DNA of 64,000 nt. It comes from Alphaproteobacteria bacterium (GTDB lineage: Bacteria; Pseudomonadota; Alphaproteobacteria; MPNO01; UBA830). Both the position numbers and the translations under genes were made by a program. The notes beneath the pieces were generated by a model, which saw only the letters and a list, made by a program, of their open reading frames with translations, did not search any database and was not told the DNA's origin. This document shows, piece after piece, positions 42,048 to 51,372 of the stretch. The stretch's first letter is position 1, and each line of letters starts with the position of its first letter. The stretch spans positions 5,248,001 to 5,312,000 of the forward strand of contig OZ251539.1 of NCBI GenBank assembly GCA_965243135.1, written 5' to 3'.

Positions 42048-42572
42048 GGTCGGCACATTGGCGGCAAAACCTGGAAATGTCCAGAAAAAAATTATCCGCC
42101 GGTATTTCCGATCATTCACCCCCTTCTTGAAAAGCCGTGCGCGCTGTCCGCAACGCCTTGAAATGCGGATAGCTTTCAGGAGTACCGAATTTTTCCTCGG
42201 GTACGGAAAGCTGCGAATTCTTCGCGCTGGGACCGCGATTTTCGCAGATTCCACCCCACGGCCGGCCCCCTGGCCACCTACGTTCAGGCCACGGCCCGGC
42301 TCGCCCCGGGTTTGCGGCGCGGCAACACTCGCCTTTTGTTCCGAAGTCTGAGCGTCCGCGAGGCCCTTGCGGGTTGCCGACGGGCGGGCGGAGCGGACCG
42401 CGATGCGTCGGCAGGGCGGCGGGTCGAAAAAAATGGCGCAGCGCAAACGGCTCTTGAACGGCCTTTTCCTTGCATTATCATTAGGTTAGCCTGAAAGATA
42501 AATTCGCCCTGGCGCATATGCGAGGGCGCGGACCTCAGTCTCTGGGCGATCTATCGTTGGCGGGAGACAACA

Positions 42573-42980
42573 ATGACGATGCCTGAATCGGCGACTCACA
42601 CTCGATTCCTGCGGCGCGATCCGGTGGAAGAATCTGCAATGCGGAACATGGCGTTCGCATCGGCGCTGGAATCGCTGGACGTGGACGCGCTGCGGCGGCG
42701 CTACGGCGATGCGGATGGTGCTACGGCGACGGCGGATGCGCTGATGGATGCTGCCGACGCGCTGCGGGCGGTGGCGGATCATATCGTCGGCGCGGAACGC
42801 GCTGGATCGAGAGCGCTGGCGCTCGCGACATCTACGGCCGCGCTGGCAATCGCGCTGGCTGCCACATTCGGACCGGACGACCTGCGGCGGTCGCTGCAAT
42901 CCCGGCCGGCGATGCGGCCGGCGGACCTGGACAAGACGGCGAATCTGATCGCTGCTTTCGCTGGCGCGATGGATGGATAG
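42573..42980 (+). CDS. Hypothetical Ala-rich protein, 135 aa
   Basis: GGGAGA RBS about 5 nt before the ATG and GC3-rich codons; no recognisable motif. Confidence 0.6.
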   Translation: MTMPESATHTRFLRRDPVEESAMRNMAFASALESLDVDALRRRYGDADGATATADALMDAADALRAVADHIVGAERAGSRALALATSTAALAIALAATFGPDDLRRSLQSRPAMRPADLDKTANLIAAFAGAMDG

Positions 42981-43207
42981 GTCGGGCGGGCTGCCTGTCG
43001 GCGCGGCCTGCGATCCCTGCGGGCTGAGATAGGGTATTCGCGGCGCGGGATACCGCTGGCGGCCAAAAGCTAGGCGGATTGAAGTGGCGCAATCTCATTC
43101 CGCCGGCAACGGCGATCCCGGAATGAAATGGGTGCGGACCGGTAAGACTGGACCGATAGCGGAACGAGATCGCGGCGCTTCAACCGCTGTCGCCGAACTT
43201 GCAATAA

Positions 43208-43244
43208 GTCGAATGCATTGCCCCGCTACTGAGGGGATTGAAAA
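43208..43244 (+). CRISPR. Solitary or terminal degenerate type III repeat
   Basis: GTCGAATGCATTGCCCCGCTACTGAGGGGATTGAAAA, 33/37 identical to the array repeat, stem intact. Confidence 0.9.
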
Positions 43245-43262
43245 AAGCTGGTTTTCCAGCTT
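43241..43262 (-). terminator. Intrinsic terminator downstream of csx1
   Basis: Minus strand AAGCTGG-AAAA-CCAGCTT followed by a T-run, 35 nt after the stop. Confidence 0.7.
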
Positions 43263-43297
43263 CACCGGCCGAGTGGCGGTTTCCGTGGAAGCATATG

Positions 43298-44515
43298 TCA
43301 CCATCCCAAGATTGAACGCGAACTATCCAACAATTTTTGGAAGGATGTCTCCAATTCGCGGTAAAGGCGATCTCGATCCGTGAGCACATTGCGGTACCAA
43401 TTGTCAGGACCGGGACCGTGAGCGAGGCTGTTACGGATATTCTGTAAATTCCGGTAGGACGTTCGTAGCCATGGAGGTTTCGTGTGTAAATTTGATTCGA
43501 AAATTTTGACAGCGTTCTTGCGTTCCTCGAAATCGGTAGCGGACACGCCCTGAGCGCTGCATATGCGATTAGCGAACGCTTCCCATCCCAGCATGGCTGC
43601 GCGAACGAAGTCGTCTCGTTTGAGGTATTGATACGCCAGCAATCTCTGCTGCGACGCCAAGTCGGGCTCGTTCGCCCATCGCAATCGTGCGGTAAGCCGA
43701 CGTTGGAAGAGACCGGATGCGCCATCGAGGCGATCGTCTAGCGCAGGAAGGAAAGCCCGGAGCTTGTGCGCGGCGTCGCGCACGTTGAGGGTGCGCTCGT
43801 AGAATGCCGCATCCTTCAGGAGGTTGGCCATGTTGTCCTGTACGCCGTCGTCAATCAACAGCCGTTCGAAAACCCCGTAATCGCCGGTAGCGTCGAATCG
43901 GTCCAAGGCGTCTATCCAGTGTCTGACGCGGATCAGGCCATCGAGTTTCAATACCGGGGTGACGCCGTCGCGCGTCATGTCGAGCGCGCCATACCACAAA
44001 CTGCGGACGTTCAGGTTGCTGATGCGCTCCAACATGAACGCTGAGAGGAACCCGACCATGCCGAGATGACGGAATCCGTGAGTCAGGTCGAAGCTGACGG
44101 CGCCGTTCGGCACGGCTTCGGCGACGACGTCCAGGATGGCGTATTGCTCCTCCGCATTCTGGCCGAACGGGATAAGGCGCGGGTGCGCATCGCGGCCGAT
44201 GCCTTTTCTCATAAGTGGCGCCAATTGGTCGAGAAGAGGTTGGCGAACTGCATGATCGGCTTCGGCCTCGAGCAGCGTAAGGCGCACGTCCTCTTCGGTG
44301 CCGTCTTCTGCCAAGTGTTCGACCAGAACGCTCCACTGACTGCTGCAGGTGCCGAGGATGACGGTGGAGTCGGGATCGAGATACTGCGACAACGCCAGTC
44401 CAAAAAACGCTGTTTCGTGATTTGTCTTGTCCGGGAACTGGTAGACCGTCTTCCGATATCCGGCGTTTTCCGTCATTCGGCTCTTGCCGAGGAACGTGAC
44501 AAGTGTGTGATTCAT
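43298..44515 (-). CDS. csx1: Csx1-like CARF-HEPN ribonuclease (TM1812/TIGR02221-like)
   Basis: TLVTFLG, ILGTCSSQW, FDLTHGFRHL, HEPN RNSLAH. Confidence 0.88.
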   Translation of the reverse strand: MNHTLVTFLGKSRMTENAGYRKTVYQFPDKTNHETAFFGLALSQYLDPDSTVILGTCSSQWSVLVEHLAEDGTEEDVRLTLLEAEADHAVRQPLLDQLAPLMRKGIGRDAHPRLIPFGQNAEEQYAILDVVAEAVPNGAVSFDLTHGFRHLGMVGFLSAFMLERISNLNVRSLWYGALDMTRDGVTPVLKLDGLIRVRHWIDALDRFDATGDYGVFERLLIDDGVQDNMANLLKDAAFYERTLNVRDAAHKLRAFLPALDDRLDGASGLFQRRLTARLRWANEPDLASQQRLLAYQYLKRDDFVRAAMLGWEAFANRICSAQGVSATDFEERKNAVKIFESNLHTKPPWLRTSYRNLQNIRNSLAHGPGPDNWYRNVLTDRDRLYRELETSFQKLLDSSRSILGW

Positions 44516-44628
44516 GCGTCGACGGCTCCCGAGTTGTTGCGGTTATCCGGTTCGACGTAGACGGATTTCGCCGAGAGCGACGCATGCGAAGATGCTGTGG
44601 TCAGTTCCATGAAGCGACGGTATTGGCC

Positions 44629-45249
44629 TTATCTACGCCCAGAAAGATCGATCTTCGGCTCGGTCCCCGCTATCAGCCGCTGAATGTTGCGCCAGTGCCG
44701 CAGCCAGACAACGACGGCCAGCGCCAGTCCGAACTCCGCCATCTGAGGATCGGCGAGCCACCACAGAAAACCCGGCGCCGCCGCGATCGACACCAAAGCC
44801 GCCAGCGACGAGTACCGGAACGCCGCCGCTATGGCCAGCCACGTCAGGCAGCACAACGCGCCCGCCGCTGGCGCCAGCGCCAGCGCGATGCCGAACGCCG
44901 TCGCCACGCCCTTGCCGCCCCGAAAATTCACCCACGCAGGGAACAGATGCCCGACAAGCGCGCCCGCCGCGGCGATGATCGCAATGTCGGGCCCGTAGAA
45001 CTGGCCGAGCAGGACCGCCGCCGCGCCCTTGCCGCCGTCCAGCAACAGCGTCGCCGCCGCGAGGGGTCGGTCGCCGGTGCGCAGCACGTTGGTCGCGCCG
45101 ATATTGCCGGATCCGATGCCGCGAATGTCCGCCGTTCCCGCCAGCTTGGTCAGCAACAGCCCGAACGGAATCGAGCCGAGCACGTATCCGCCCGCGAAAC
45201 CCGCCACAATGTAAGGCCAGCTGTAGGCCCAACTGATCGGATCGATCAT
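44629..45249 (-). CDS. plsY: Glycerol-3-phosphate acyltransferase PlsY
   Basis: GSIPFG, GSGNIGATNVLR, GHLFP, FRGGKGVAT, HWRNIQRL. Confidence 0.95.
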   Translation of the reverse strand: MIDPISWAYSWPYIVAGFAGGYVLGSIPFGLLLTKLAGTADIRGIGSGNIGATNVLRTGDRPLAAATLLLDGGKGAAAVLLGQFYGPDIAIIAAAGALVGHLFPAWVNFRGGKGVATAFGIALALAPAAGALCCLTWLAIAAAFRYSSLAALVSIAAAPGFLWWLADPQMAEFGLALAVVVWLRHWRNIQRLIAGTEPKIDLSGRR

Positions 45250-46526
45250 CCCGCTTGTCCCTTCCAGATATGGATTTCGCGCCCGTCCGCGATCGTGCGC
45301 AACGCCCGGCCCCGCGCTCGATGGCCGTCGAACGGCGAATTCTTCGACTTGCTCCGCATGGCCGCCGTATCGATCGTCCAAGGCGCTTCCCGATCGAACA
45401 GTACCAGATCCGCCGGCCTACCGGCGGCGAGGCTTCCCGCCTTCAGGCCGAGCAGCGCGGCGGGCGCGGCCGTCATCCGCCGCAGCGCGTCGAGCAGGCT
45501 CATGCCTTCATTGTGATGCAGCGCCAGCGCCAGCGGCAACAGCGTTTCGAGCCCGACGATCCCGTTTTCGGCCTGTGCGAACGGCAGGCGCTTCGAGTCC
45601 TGGTCCTGCGGATTGTGATCCGACGCGATCGCGTCGATCGTGCCGTCGCGGAGCCCCTCGATCACCGCCAGGCGGTCCGGCTCGGCGCGCAGCGGCGGCG
45701 AAACCTTGGCGAAGGTCCGGTAATCCTCCACCGCGCTTTCGTTCAACGTGAAATATTGCGGTGCCGTATCGCAACTGACCGGCAGGCCGCGCCTCTTCGC
45801 CGACCGGATGACCTCGACCGCCGCCGCCGTCGAGACGTGCGCCGCATGGTAACGGGCGCCGGTCAGTTCGACCAGGCGCAGGTCTCGCTCGATCATCATC
45901 GCTTCGGCCGCGGACGGTATGCCCGTCAGGCCCAGCCGCGTCGACATTTCTCCCTCGTTCGCGTGGCCGTCCGCTGCAAGCCGCGGCTCCTCCGGATGTT
46001 GGACGATCAGCGTATCGAACGTGGCGGCGTAGGACAATGCGCGGCGCATGACCAGCGCGTCGGCGACCGCCCTGTCGCCGTCCGAAAACGCCGGAACGCC
46101 GGCTTCCCGAAGGGTGCCGAACTCCGTCAGCTCGATCCCGGCGCATTCGCGGGTGATGGCGCCGTAAGCGTAGATCTTCACGTCGTTCGGCGCCCGACGC
46201 GTGACGAACTCCGCGACGGCGACGCTGTCCACCGGCGGCTGGGGCAGGCAGACGAGCGACGTCACGCCCCCGGCCGCGGCGGCTTCCGACGCCGTTCCGA
46301 ACGTTTCCTTGTGCCCGCCCGGCAGATGGACGCGCATGTCGATCAGTCCGGGGGCCAGGCAATGGCCGCCGCAATCGACCGTTTCGGCGTCCGCGGGCGC
46401 GCTGTCGGCACGGATCCCGGGTCCCGCCTCGCGGATCCGTCCGTCTTCGACGAGCGCGCCGCCCGCTGCGTCCAGCCCCGTCGCCGGGTCCAGCAGGCGC
46501 GCGTTGATGAAGGCGCGTCGCTTCAT
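45246..46526 (-). CDS. pyrC: Dihydroorotase (or dihydroorotase-like PyrC')
   Basis: [37 protein letters not shown]; coupled to pyrB. Confidence 0.9.
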   Translation of the reverse strand: MKRRAFINARLLDPATGLDAAGGALVEDGRIREAGPGIRADSAPADAETVDCGGHCLAPGLIDMRVHLPGGHKETFGTASEAAAAGGVTSLVCLPQPPVDSVAVAEFVTRRAPNDVKIYAYGAITRECAGIELTEFGTLREAGVPAFSDGDRAVADALVMRRALSYAATFDTLIVQHPEEPRLAADGHANEGEMSTRLGLTGIPSAAEAMMIERDLRLVELTGARYHAAHVSTAAAVEVIRSAKRRGLPVSCDTAPQYFTLNESAVEDYRTFAKVSPPLRAEPDRLAVIEGLRDGTIDAIASDHNPQDQDSKRLPFAQAENGIVGLETLLPLALALHHNEGMSLLDALRRMTAAPAALLGLKAGSLAAGRPADLVLFDREAPWTIDTAAMRSKSKNSPFDGHRARGRALRTIADGREIHIWKGQAG

Positions 46527-47464
46527 TGGCTGGCGCCCGACAGGTTGCGGGCCACGAGATCGAGGCAGGCCATGCGGACCGCGACCCCCATCTCGACCTG
46601 TTCGTGGATCACGCTGCGGTCGATGTCGTCGGCGAGTTCGGAATCGATTTCGATGCCGCGGTTCATCGGTCCCGGATGCATGACCAAAGCGTCCGGCTTC
46701 GCCCGCGACAGCTTCTTGCGGTCAAGGCCGAAGAACCGGAAATACTCCCGCGTGGAGGGCACGAAGGAGCCCTGCATCCGTTCGATCTGGAGACGCAGCA
46801 TCATGATGATGTCGGCGTCTCGCACGCCGACGCTCATGTCGTGGTGAATCTCGACGTCGAACCGTTCGATCGCGGCCGGCAGGAGCGTCTTCGGGGCGAC
46901 AAGGCGCACCCGCGCGCCCATGGCGTTCAGCAAATGGATATTGGACCGGGCGACTCGCGAATGCAGGATGTCGCCGCAGATCGCCACGACGATGCCCGCC
47001 AAAGCGCCCTTGCGCCGCCGGATCGTCAGCGCATCGAGGAGCGCCTGCGTGGGATGTTCGTGGCAACCGTCCCCGGCGTTGATCACCGAACAGCTTACCT
47101 TTTCGCTCAGCAGTTGCACGGCCCCCGATTCGCCGTGACGCACGACCAGCACGTCGGGACGCATGGCGTTCAGCGTCATCGCGGTGTCGATCAGGGTTTC
47201 GCCCTTCTTGATGGCGCTGGTGCCGACCGACATGTTGATCACGTCCGCGCCCAGGCGCTTGCCGGCGATCTCGAAGGAAGTGCGGGTGCGCGTGGAATTC
47301 TCGAAAAACACGTTCATCAGCGTGCGCCCGTTGAGCAGGGCGTTCTTCTTGTCCTCCTGGCGATTCTGCGCGATGTAGGATTCCGAAAGGTCGAGGAGAA
47401 GCTCGATTCGCTCGGCGGACACCCCTTCCGTGCCGAGGATGTGCCGAAAGCCCGCTTCAGCCAC
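46523..47464 (-). CDS. pyrB: Aspartate carbamoyltransferase
   Basis: [27 protein letters not shown]. Confidence 0.97.
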   Translation of the reverse strand: MAEAGFRHILGTEGVSAERIELLLDLSESYIAQNRQEDKKNALLNGRTLMNVFFENSTRTRTSFEIAGKRLGADVINMSVGTSAIKKGETLIDTAMTLNAMRPDVLVVRHGESGAVQLLSEKVSCSVINAGDGCHEHPTQALLDALTIRRRKGALAGIVVAICGDILHSRVARSNIHLLNAMGARVRLVAPKTLLPAAIERFDVEIHHDMSVGVRDADIIMMLRLQIERMQGSFVPSTREYFRFFGLDRKKLSRAKPDALVMHPGPMNRGIEIDSELADDIDRSVIHEQVEMGVAVRMACLDLVARNLSGASQ

Positions 47465-47512
47465 CTTCGTCCTTCCGGGACCGCCGCGGCGTTCCGGTCG
47501 GGCGGCCCCGCG

Positions 47513-48169
47513 TCATTCGGCCGCTTGCCTCGGGACGAGTTCTTCCGGCGTCAGCTTCTCCATGCGAAACATGTTGGTTTCGTCCACAAGGGCGTAGTCC
47601 TTGTAACCGAGCCGCGCGATCGGCTTGAGTCGCGCGACGTCAAGGATGCCGTCGTCGCTGATCGCCTCGTCGGCGATATGGACGCCCACCACGCGCCCGA
47701 ACACGACCTGGTGCGTCGAAACCTTCGTATGGCCGGGCAAGGTCACGGTTTCGTGATGCACGCATTCGAAGTGCACCGGCGAACCCTTTATGCGCGGCGG
47801 CCGGACCAGGCTCGAGGAAAGCGTTTCCAGGCCGGCCGCGGCGAGTTCGTCCGCGTCGCGGTCCACGATGAACGCCGTTTTGTTCATTTGCTCGCGCTGA
47901 TCCCACGTCGCCATGTTGTACACGAACTCGCCGGTCTCATGGATGTTGACCACCGTGTCCTTCTTTTCCGAGTCGTTCGGGTGGCCGCCCGACGAGAACA
48001 TTACGTATGGCGGATTGTAGCTCAGGCAGTTGAAAAAGCTGAAGGGCGCGGCGTTGGCGCGGCCTGACGCGTCGACGGTCGTGATCCAGCCGATGGGGCG
48101 CGGCACCACGCAGGCCTTGACGGGATTGTAGCGCAGTCCGTGGTCGTTTTTGTTGGGTTCGTAAAACAT
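47513..48169 (-). CDS. Flavin reductase-family protein
   Basis: VPRPIGWITT, NAAPFSFFN, KDTVVNI, PIARLG. Confidence 0.88.
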   Translation of the reverse strand: MFYEPNKNDHGLRYNPVKACVVPRPIGWITTVDASGRANAAPFSFFNCLSYNPPYVMFSSGGHPNDSEKKDTVVNIHETGEFVYNMATWDQREQMNKTAFIVDRDADELAAAGLETLSSSLVRPPRIKGSPVHFECVHHETVTLPGHTKVSTHQVVFGRVVGVHIADEAISDDGILDVARLKPIARLGYKDYALVDETNMFRMEKLTPEELVPRQAAE

Positions 48170-48183
48170 TCAGATCTCCCGGT

Positions 48184-49299
48184 TCAGCTTTCGAGGGCGA
48201 CGACGCGGCCGTCGGCGGCGCGCCCCTGCCGATGATAGTGCCCGATCTTTTCGAGCAGCGGACGGACGCTGTACAGGATTGCGTCTTCGGTCTCGCTCTC
48301 GTTCGCGAATCGGTGCCAGGCGCGGCCTGGCACCACGAAAAGGTCGTTTTGGCTCCACTCCAAACTTTCGCCATCGACCTCGGCGCGGCCCTTGCCGGCG
48401 ATTACGGCGTGAAAGGCGCCGGCGGTCGAGCGGGTTTCGGCCGTGACTTCTCCCGGTCGCAACAGCGTTGCCGAATAGCCGAGCGTCTTGAAGGAGGCGC
48501 CGCCGGACGCCGGGTTGGAGAATTCCGCCGTCACCGCATCCCAAGAAGTGCCGGCGACGTCTCGCATGCCGTCGAGCGCGGCGCGGATGTCCGCGCCGCG
48601 ATAGTGGAACATCGGCGAGTCCCCGCGGCCGGACGGAGGTGTCCGCGGCACGATGCCGCCCGTTCCGTAAAGCCGCTTCGACAGGCCCTCGTTCAAAGGC
48701 GTTCCGTTTGCGCCCTCCTGATCAATCCAGATGGCGTCGAGATATTCCAGCAGTGGCCAGTCGAGCACGTCGATCACTGGCGTGTCCGAGTCGTTGCCGT
48801 GGCCGTGCCACGTGCCCGCGGGCGTCAGAATCAAATCGCCGCGCCCGGCGGCGCAGCGCTCTCCCTCGACCGTCGTGTAGCCTCCGCCGTCCGACAGGAT
48901 CGTGCGGCTGGCGTTCGGCGTATGGGTCTCCGCCACGTCGCCCGGCTTGTAGATCGAAACGGCGACCCGGATCGAGGCGGTAACCTTAAGAGCGCCGCCG
49001 AACCCGGGATTGGTCAGGAGAAATTGCTGCCGCTCCGTGAATTCCAGCGGCGCGATCGCGGCGATGCGATGAAGATAGGGTTCGTATTCGGTCCATCGCC
49101 ACAGGCAGGGCGCGGCGCGCCCGGGCCGCGCCTGGGGCGGAAGATCCGGACGGTGCCATGGCGGATGCATGGCCGCGTTGGCCTGCGTCCTCAGCCAGAT
49201 GTTGAACCGCGCCGCTTCTTCGTTCATCCGCTCCATCTCGGCCAGCGCGGCGGCGGGCAACTCCGGAGCGGCCAGCGTTGGGCGAAGCTCTGCCGTCAT
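48184..49299 (-). CDS. Bicupin, gentisate 1,2-dioxygenase-like
   Basis: LTNPG, YTTVEGE, GDLILTPAGTWHGHGN, DLFVVPGRAWH. Confidence 0.8.
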   Translation of the reverse strand: MTAELRPTLAAPELPAAALAEMERMNEEAARFNIWLRTQANAAMHPPWHRPDLPPQARPGRAAPCLWRWTEYEPYLHRIAAIAPLEFTERQQFLLTNPGFGGALKVTASIRVAVSIYKPGDVAETHTPNASRTILSDGGGYTTVEGERCAAGRGDLILTPAGTWHGHGNDSDTPVIDVLDWPLLEYLDAIWIDQEGANGTPLNEGLSKRLYGTGGIVPRTPPSGRGDSPMFHYRGADIRAALDGMRDVAGTSWDAVTAEFSNPASGGASFKTLGYSATLLRPGEVTAETRSTAGAFHAVIAGKGRAEVDGESLEWSQNDLFVVPGRAWHRFANESETEDAILYSVRPLLEKIGHYHRQGRAADGRVVALES

Positions 49300-49303
49300 C
49301 GGT

Positions 49304-50368
49304 TCAGACTCCCTCGATCACGTCCGCCCAGCTCTCGATCGTTTCTGGCAGGCCGGTACGGACATGGGTGCTGAACAGAGTGTAGCCCATGTCTCCGAGG
49401 GCGCGAATCCGTTCGCGCAACTCCTCCTTCGTGCCGGACATGGTTGTGGCGCGAATCAGATCGCCCGTGATCAGATGCTTCTCTTCCGGGCGCACCGTCA
49501 TCAGATGGTTCTTGTGGTTCGACAGGTAGCGGGCTTCCTCCGGTTCGTAGCGCCGGTAGATCTCAAGGTATTCATCGCGCAAGCCTTCCATGCCCGGCGG
49601 CAGCCGCGCGCCGAGAGAGCCGAACTCTTCCGCTTCCGCGAGGTCGTGCAGAGCGACGGCCGCCGACGGACCGGCCTGGTCGCGAACGTAATCGGCGTCC
49701 CAATCGCCGGATCGTCGAAGCACCGCGCCGCCGCAATTGGCGTTCGCCGTAAGGTCCGCGGCGTCGCGGCCCGCCTCGGTCCAGACCCGTTTCATCTCGC
49801 CGATAGCCGCTTCCGCCCGCGCCGGAGATCCGACGGAGTTCGTCCAGCCGTATCCGCGTTCGGCGATCATGCGGCGTCCGCGCGGACCGAACGCGGATAC
49901 ATGGACGGGAATGGGGTCGGCGATGTTGATCAGGCCCAGTTCCGGGTTCATGAACCGGACGAGGCGTTTCCTGCCCTCTATCTCGGCCGCCGTGGTTTCG
50001 CCCTTCAGAAGCCGCTCCACCGCGTCGACGTAATCGAACATGGCCTTCAGCCCCATCGGACCGAGACCCATCGTGCGGCGTCCGGTGAAGCCGGTCCCGA
50101 CCCCGAAGTCTATCCGTCCGGGCGCGAGAGCGTTGAGGCTCGCGAGCGCGCTGGCGGCGACGGGAGCGAGCCTGTTCGACGGGATCAGCACGCCGGTTCC
50201 CAGCCGGATGCGCTCCGTCTTCATGGCCGCGGCCGTCATCGAGACGAACAGTTCCGCATTGATGAGTTGCGAGTCGATGAACCATGCCTCGTCGAAGCCC
50301 AATTCCTCCGCGCGCCGGACGAGTTTCCACGAGTCGGCCGCGGGCGCGATGCTGATGCCGAATTTCAT
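49304..50368 (-). CDS. LLM-class flavin/F420-dependent oxidoreductase
   Basis: MKFGI, AEELGFDEAW, TERIRLGTGV, APGRIDFGVGTG; GGAG RBS. Confidence 0.88.
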   Translation of the reverse strand: MKFGISIAPAADSWKLVRRAEELGFDEAWFIDSQLINAELFVSMTAAAMKTERIRLGTGVLIPSNRLAPVAASALASLNALAPGRIDFGVGTGFTGRRTMGLGPMGLKAMFDYVDAVERLLKGETTAAEIEGRKRLVRFMNPELGLINIADPIPVHVSAFGPRGRRMIAERGYGWTNSVGSPARAEAAIGEMKRVWTEAGRDAADLTANANCGGAVLRRSGDWDADYVRDQAGPSAAVALHDLAEAEEFGSLGARLPPGMEGLRDEYLEIYRRYEPEEARYLSNHKNHLMTVRPEEKHLITGDLIRATTMSGTKEELRERIRALGDMGYTLFSTHVRTGLPETIESWADVIEGV

Positions 50369-50970
50369 CGGAGTCTCCAGCGAATAGCGCCGACAGTATC
50401 GCACCGTCTCGGCGCGCCTGAAACGTCCGGCGCCCGATTCCTTTGGCGCGCTCGTCATCGTCCCGCCGGGAGGCCCGGTCCTCGGACATGCGCGGCGGCG
50501 CGACGGGCTTTGCGGGATGGTCCGTCGCCGGCAATGACGGGCGGCGAGAGAACGGGTGTCGGCGGGGGGCGAAAACGAGGCCGCGCGGCGCCGCGGTCCA
50601 GGGCTCTGCCGCGGTGCCGGCGCTCGCGTCATTTTCTTGAGGCGATTGTTGATCGGGAGTGAATATCGAGCTATCCGTTCGGGCCGAATGTCCATGTCGT
50701 CGGAAGGTCGCCGGGATTTTCCGAAGACGACGCCTTGCGTTCCGGCGTTTGCCGGTTCGCGGCGTCCTTGAGCTTGCGCGGAAAGGGCGATGCATGGCTT
50801 TGGGGGGCGCGGCAACTGCCTCGAACCGGACGGCAACGGAGATGACGGATTTTTGGAGTTTTCCAAAGAGGGCCTTGGGCATTGCGCGGCGTCCTCGGCG
50901 GAACGAGAGCGGTTCCCCGGGTGCCGGCGCGGCTGCGTTCCGTGACGCCGGAATCCCGCGCCGCTGAAAG

Positions 50971-51372
50971 ATGCCGATTTTCGATACCCCTGAAGCCGTA
51001 GACCGGAGCTCGCTCAAGCGGGAGATTCGGTCCTTGCGCGCCAAGGCGGCGAAAGGGGATGGCGAGGGAGCGGCCGCGCTCGAAGACGATGCCGTGAAGG
51101 TCGCACTCGAACTGGTCGATGCATTCCCGGGTTATATCGAAAATCCGGATGTCGACGTTTCCCCGCATGGCGAAATCGATTTCGACTGGATGATCGATGA
51201 AGACGCGATGCTTACCGTCAGCGTGCTGTCTTCGAGCGAGATAGGGTTTGCCGCATTGCTTCCTGACGCCAAGGCGAGCGGAAGAGAACCCTGGAGCGGG
51301 ACGTTGCCGCCCTTCGTGCATTGTTGCTTCGAGCGTCTCAAGGCGACGGAGATCGTGAAGGCTTCGGCGTAG
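50971..51372 (+). CDS. Hypothetical acidic protein, 133 aa
   Basis: Protein-like composition (GDGEGA...FP...PDVDVSPHGEIDFDW); function not recognised. Confidence 0.6.
   Translation: MPIFDTPEAVDRSSLKREIRSLRAKAAKGDGEGAAALEDDAVKVALELVDAFPGYIENPDVDVSPHGEIDFDWMIDEDAMLTVSVLSSSEIGFAALLPDAKASGREPWSGTLPPFVHCCFERLKATEIVKASA

Larger units (their letters stand above)
39998..42511 (-). mobile_element. ISAs1-family insertion sequence, 2514 bp
   Basis: Terminal inverted repeats CAGGGCGAATT (39998) and AATTCGCCCTG (to 42511); flanking direct repeat GCGCATATG at 39989-39997 and 42512-42520. Confidence 0.88.

Noticed and set aside
39917-43155. GACTGGACCG at 39917 and 43146 as the target duplication of a larger element
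   Set aside because: No inverted ends adjoin it, excision does not restore a repeat-spacer unit, and the true IS ends are explained by GCGCATATG.
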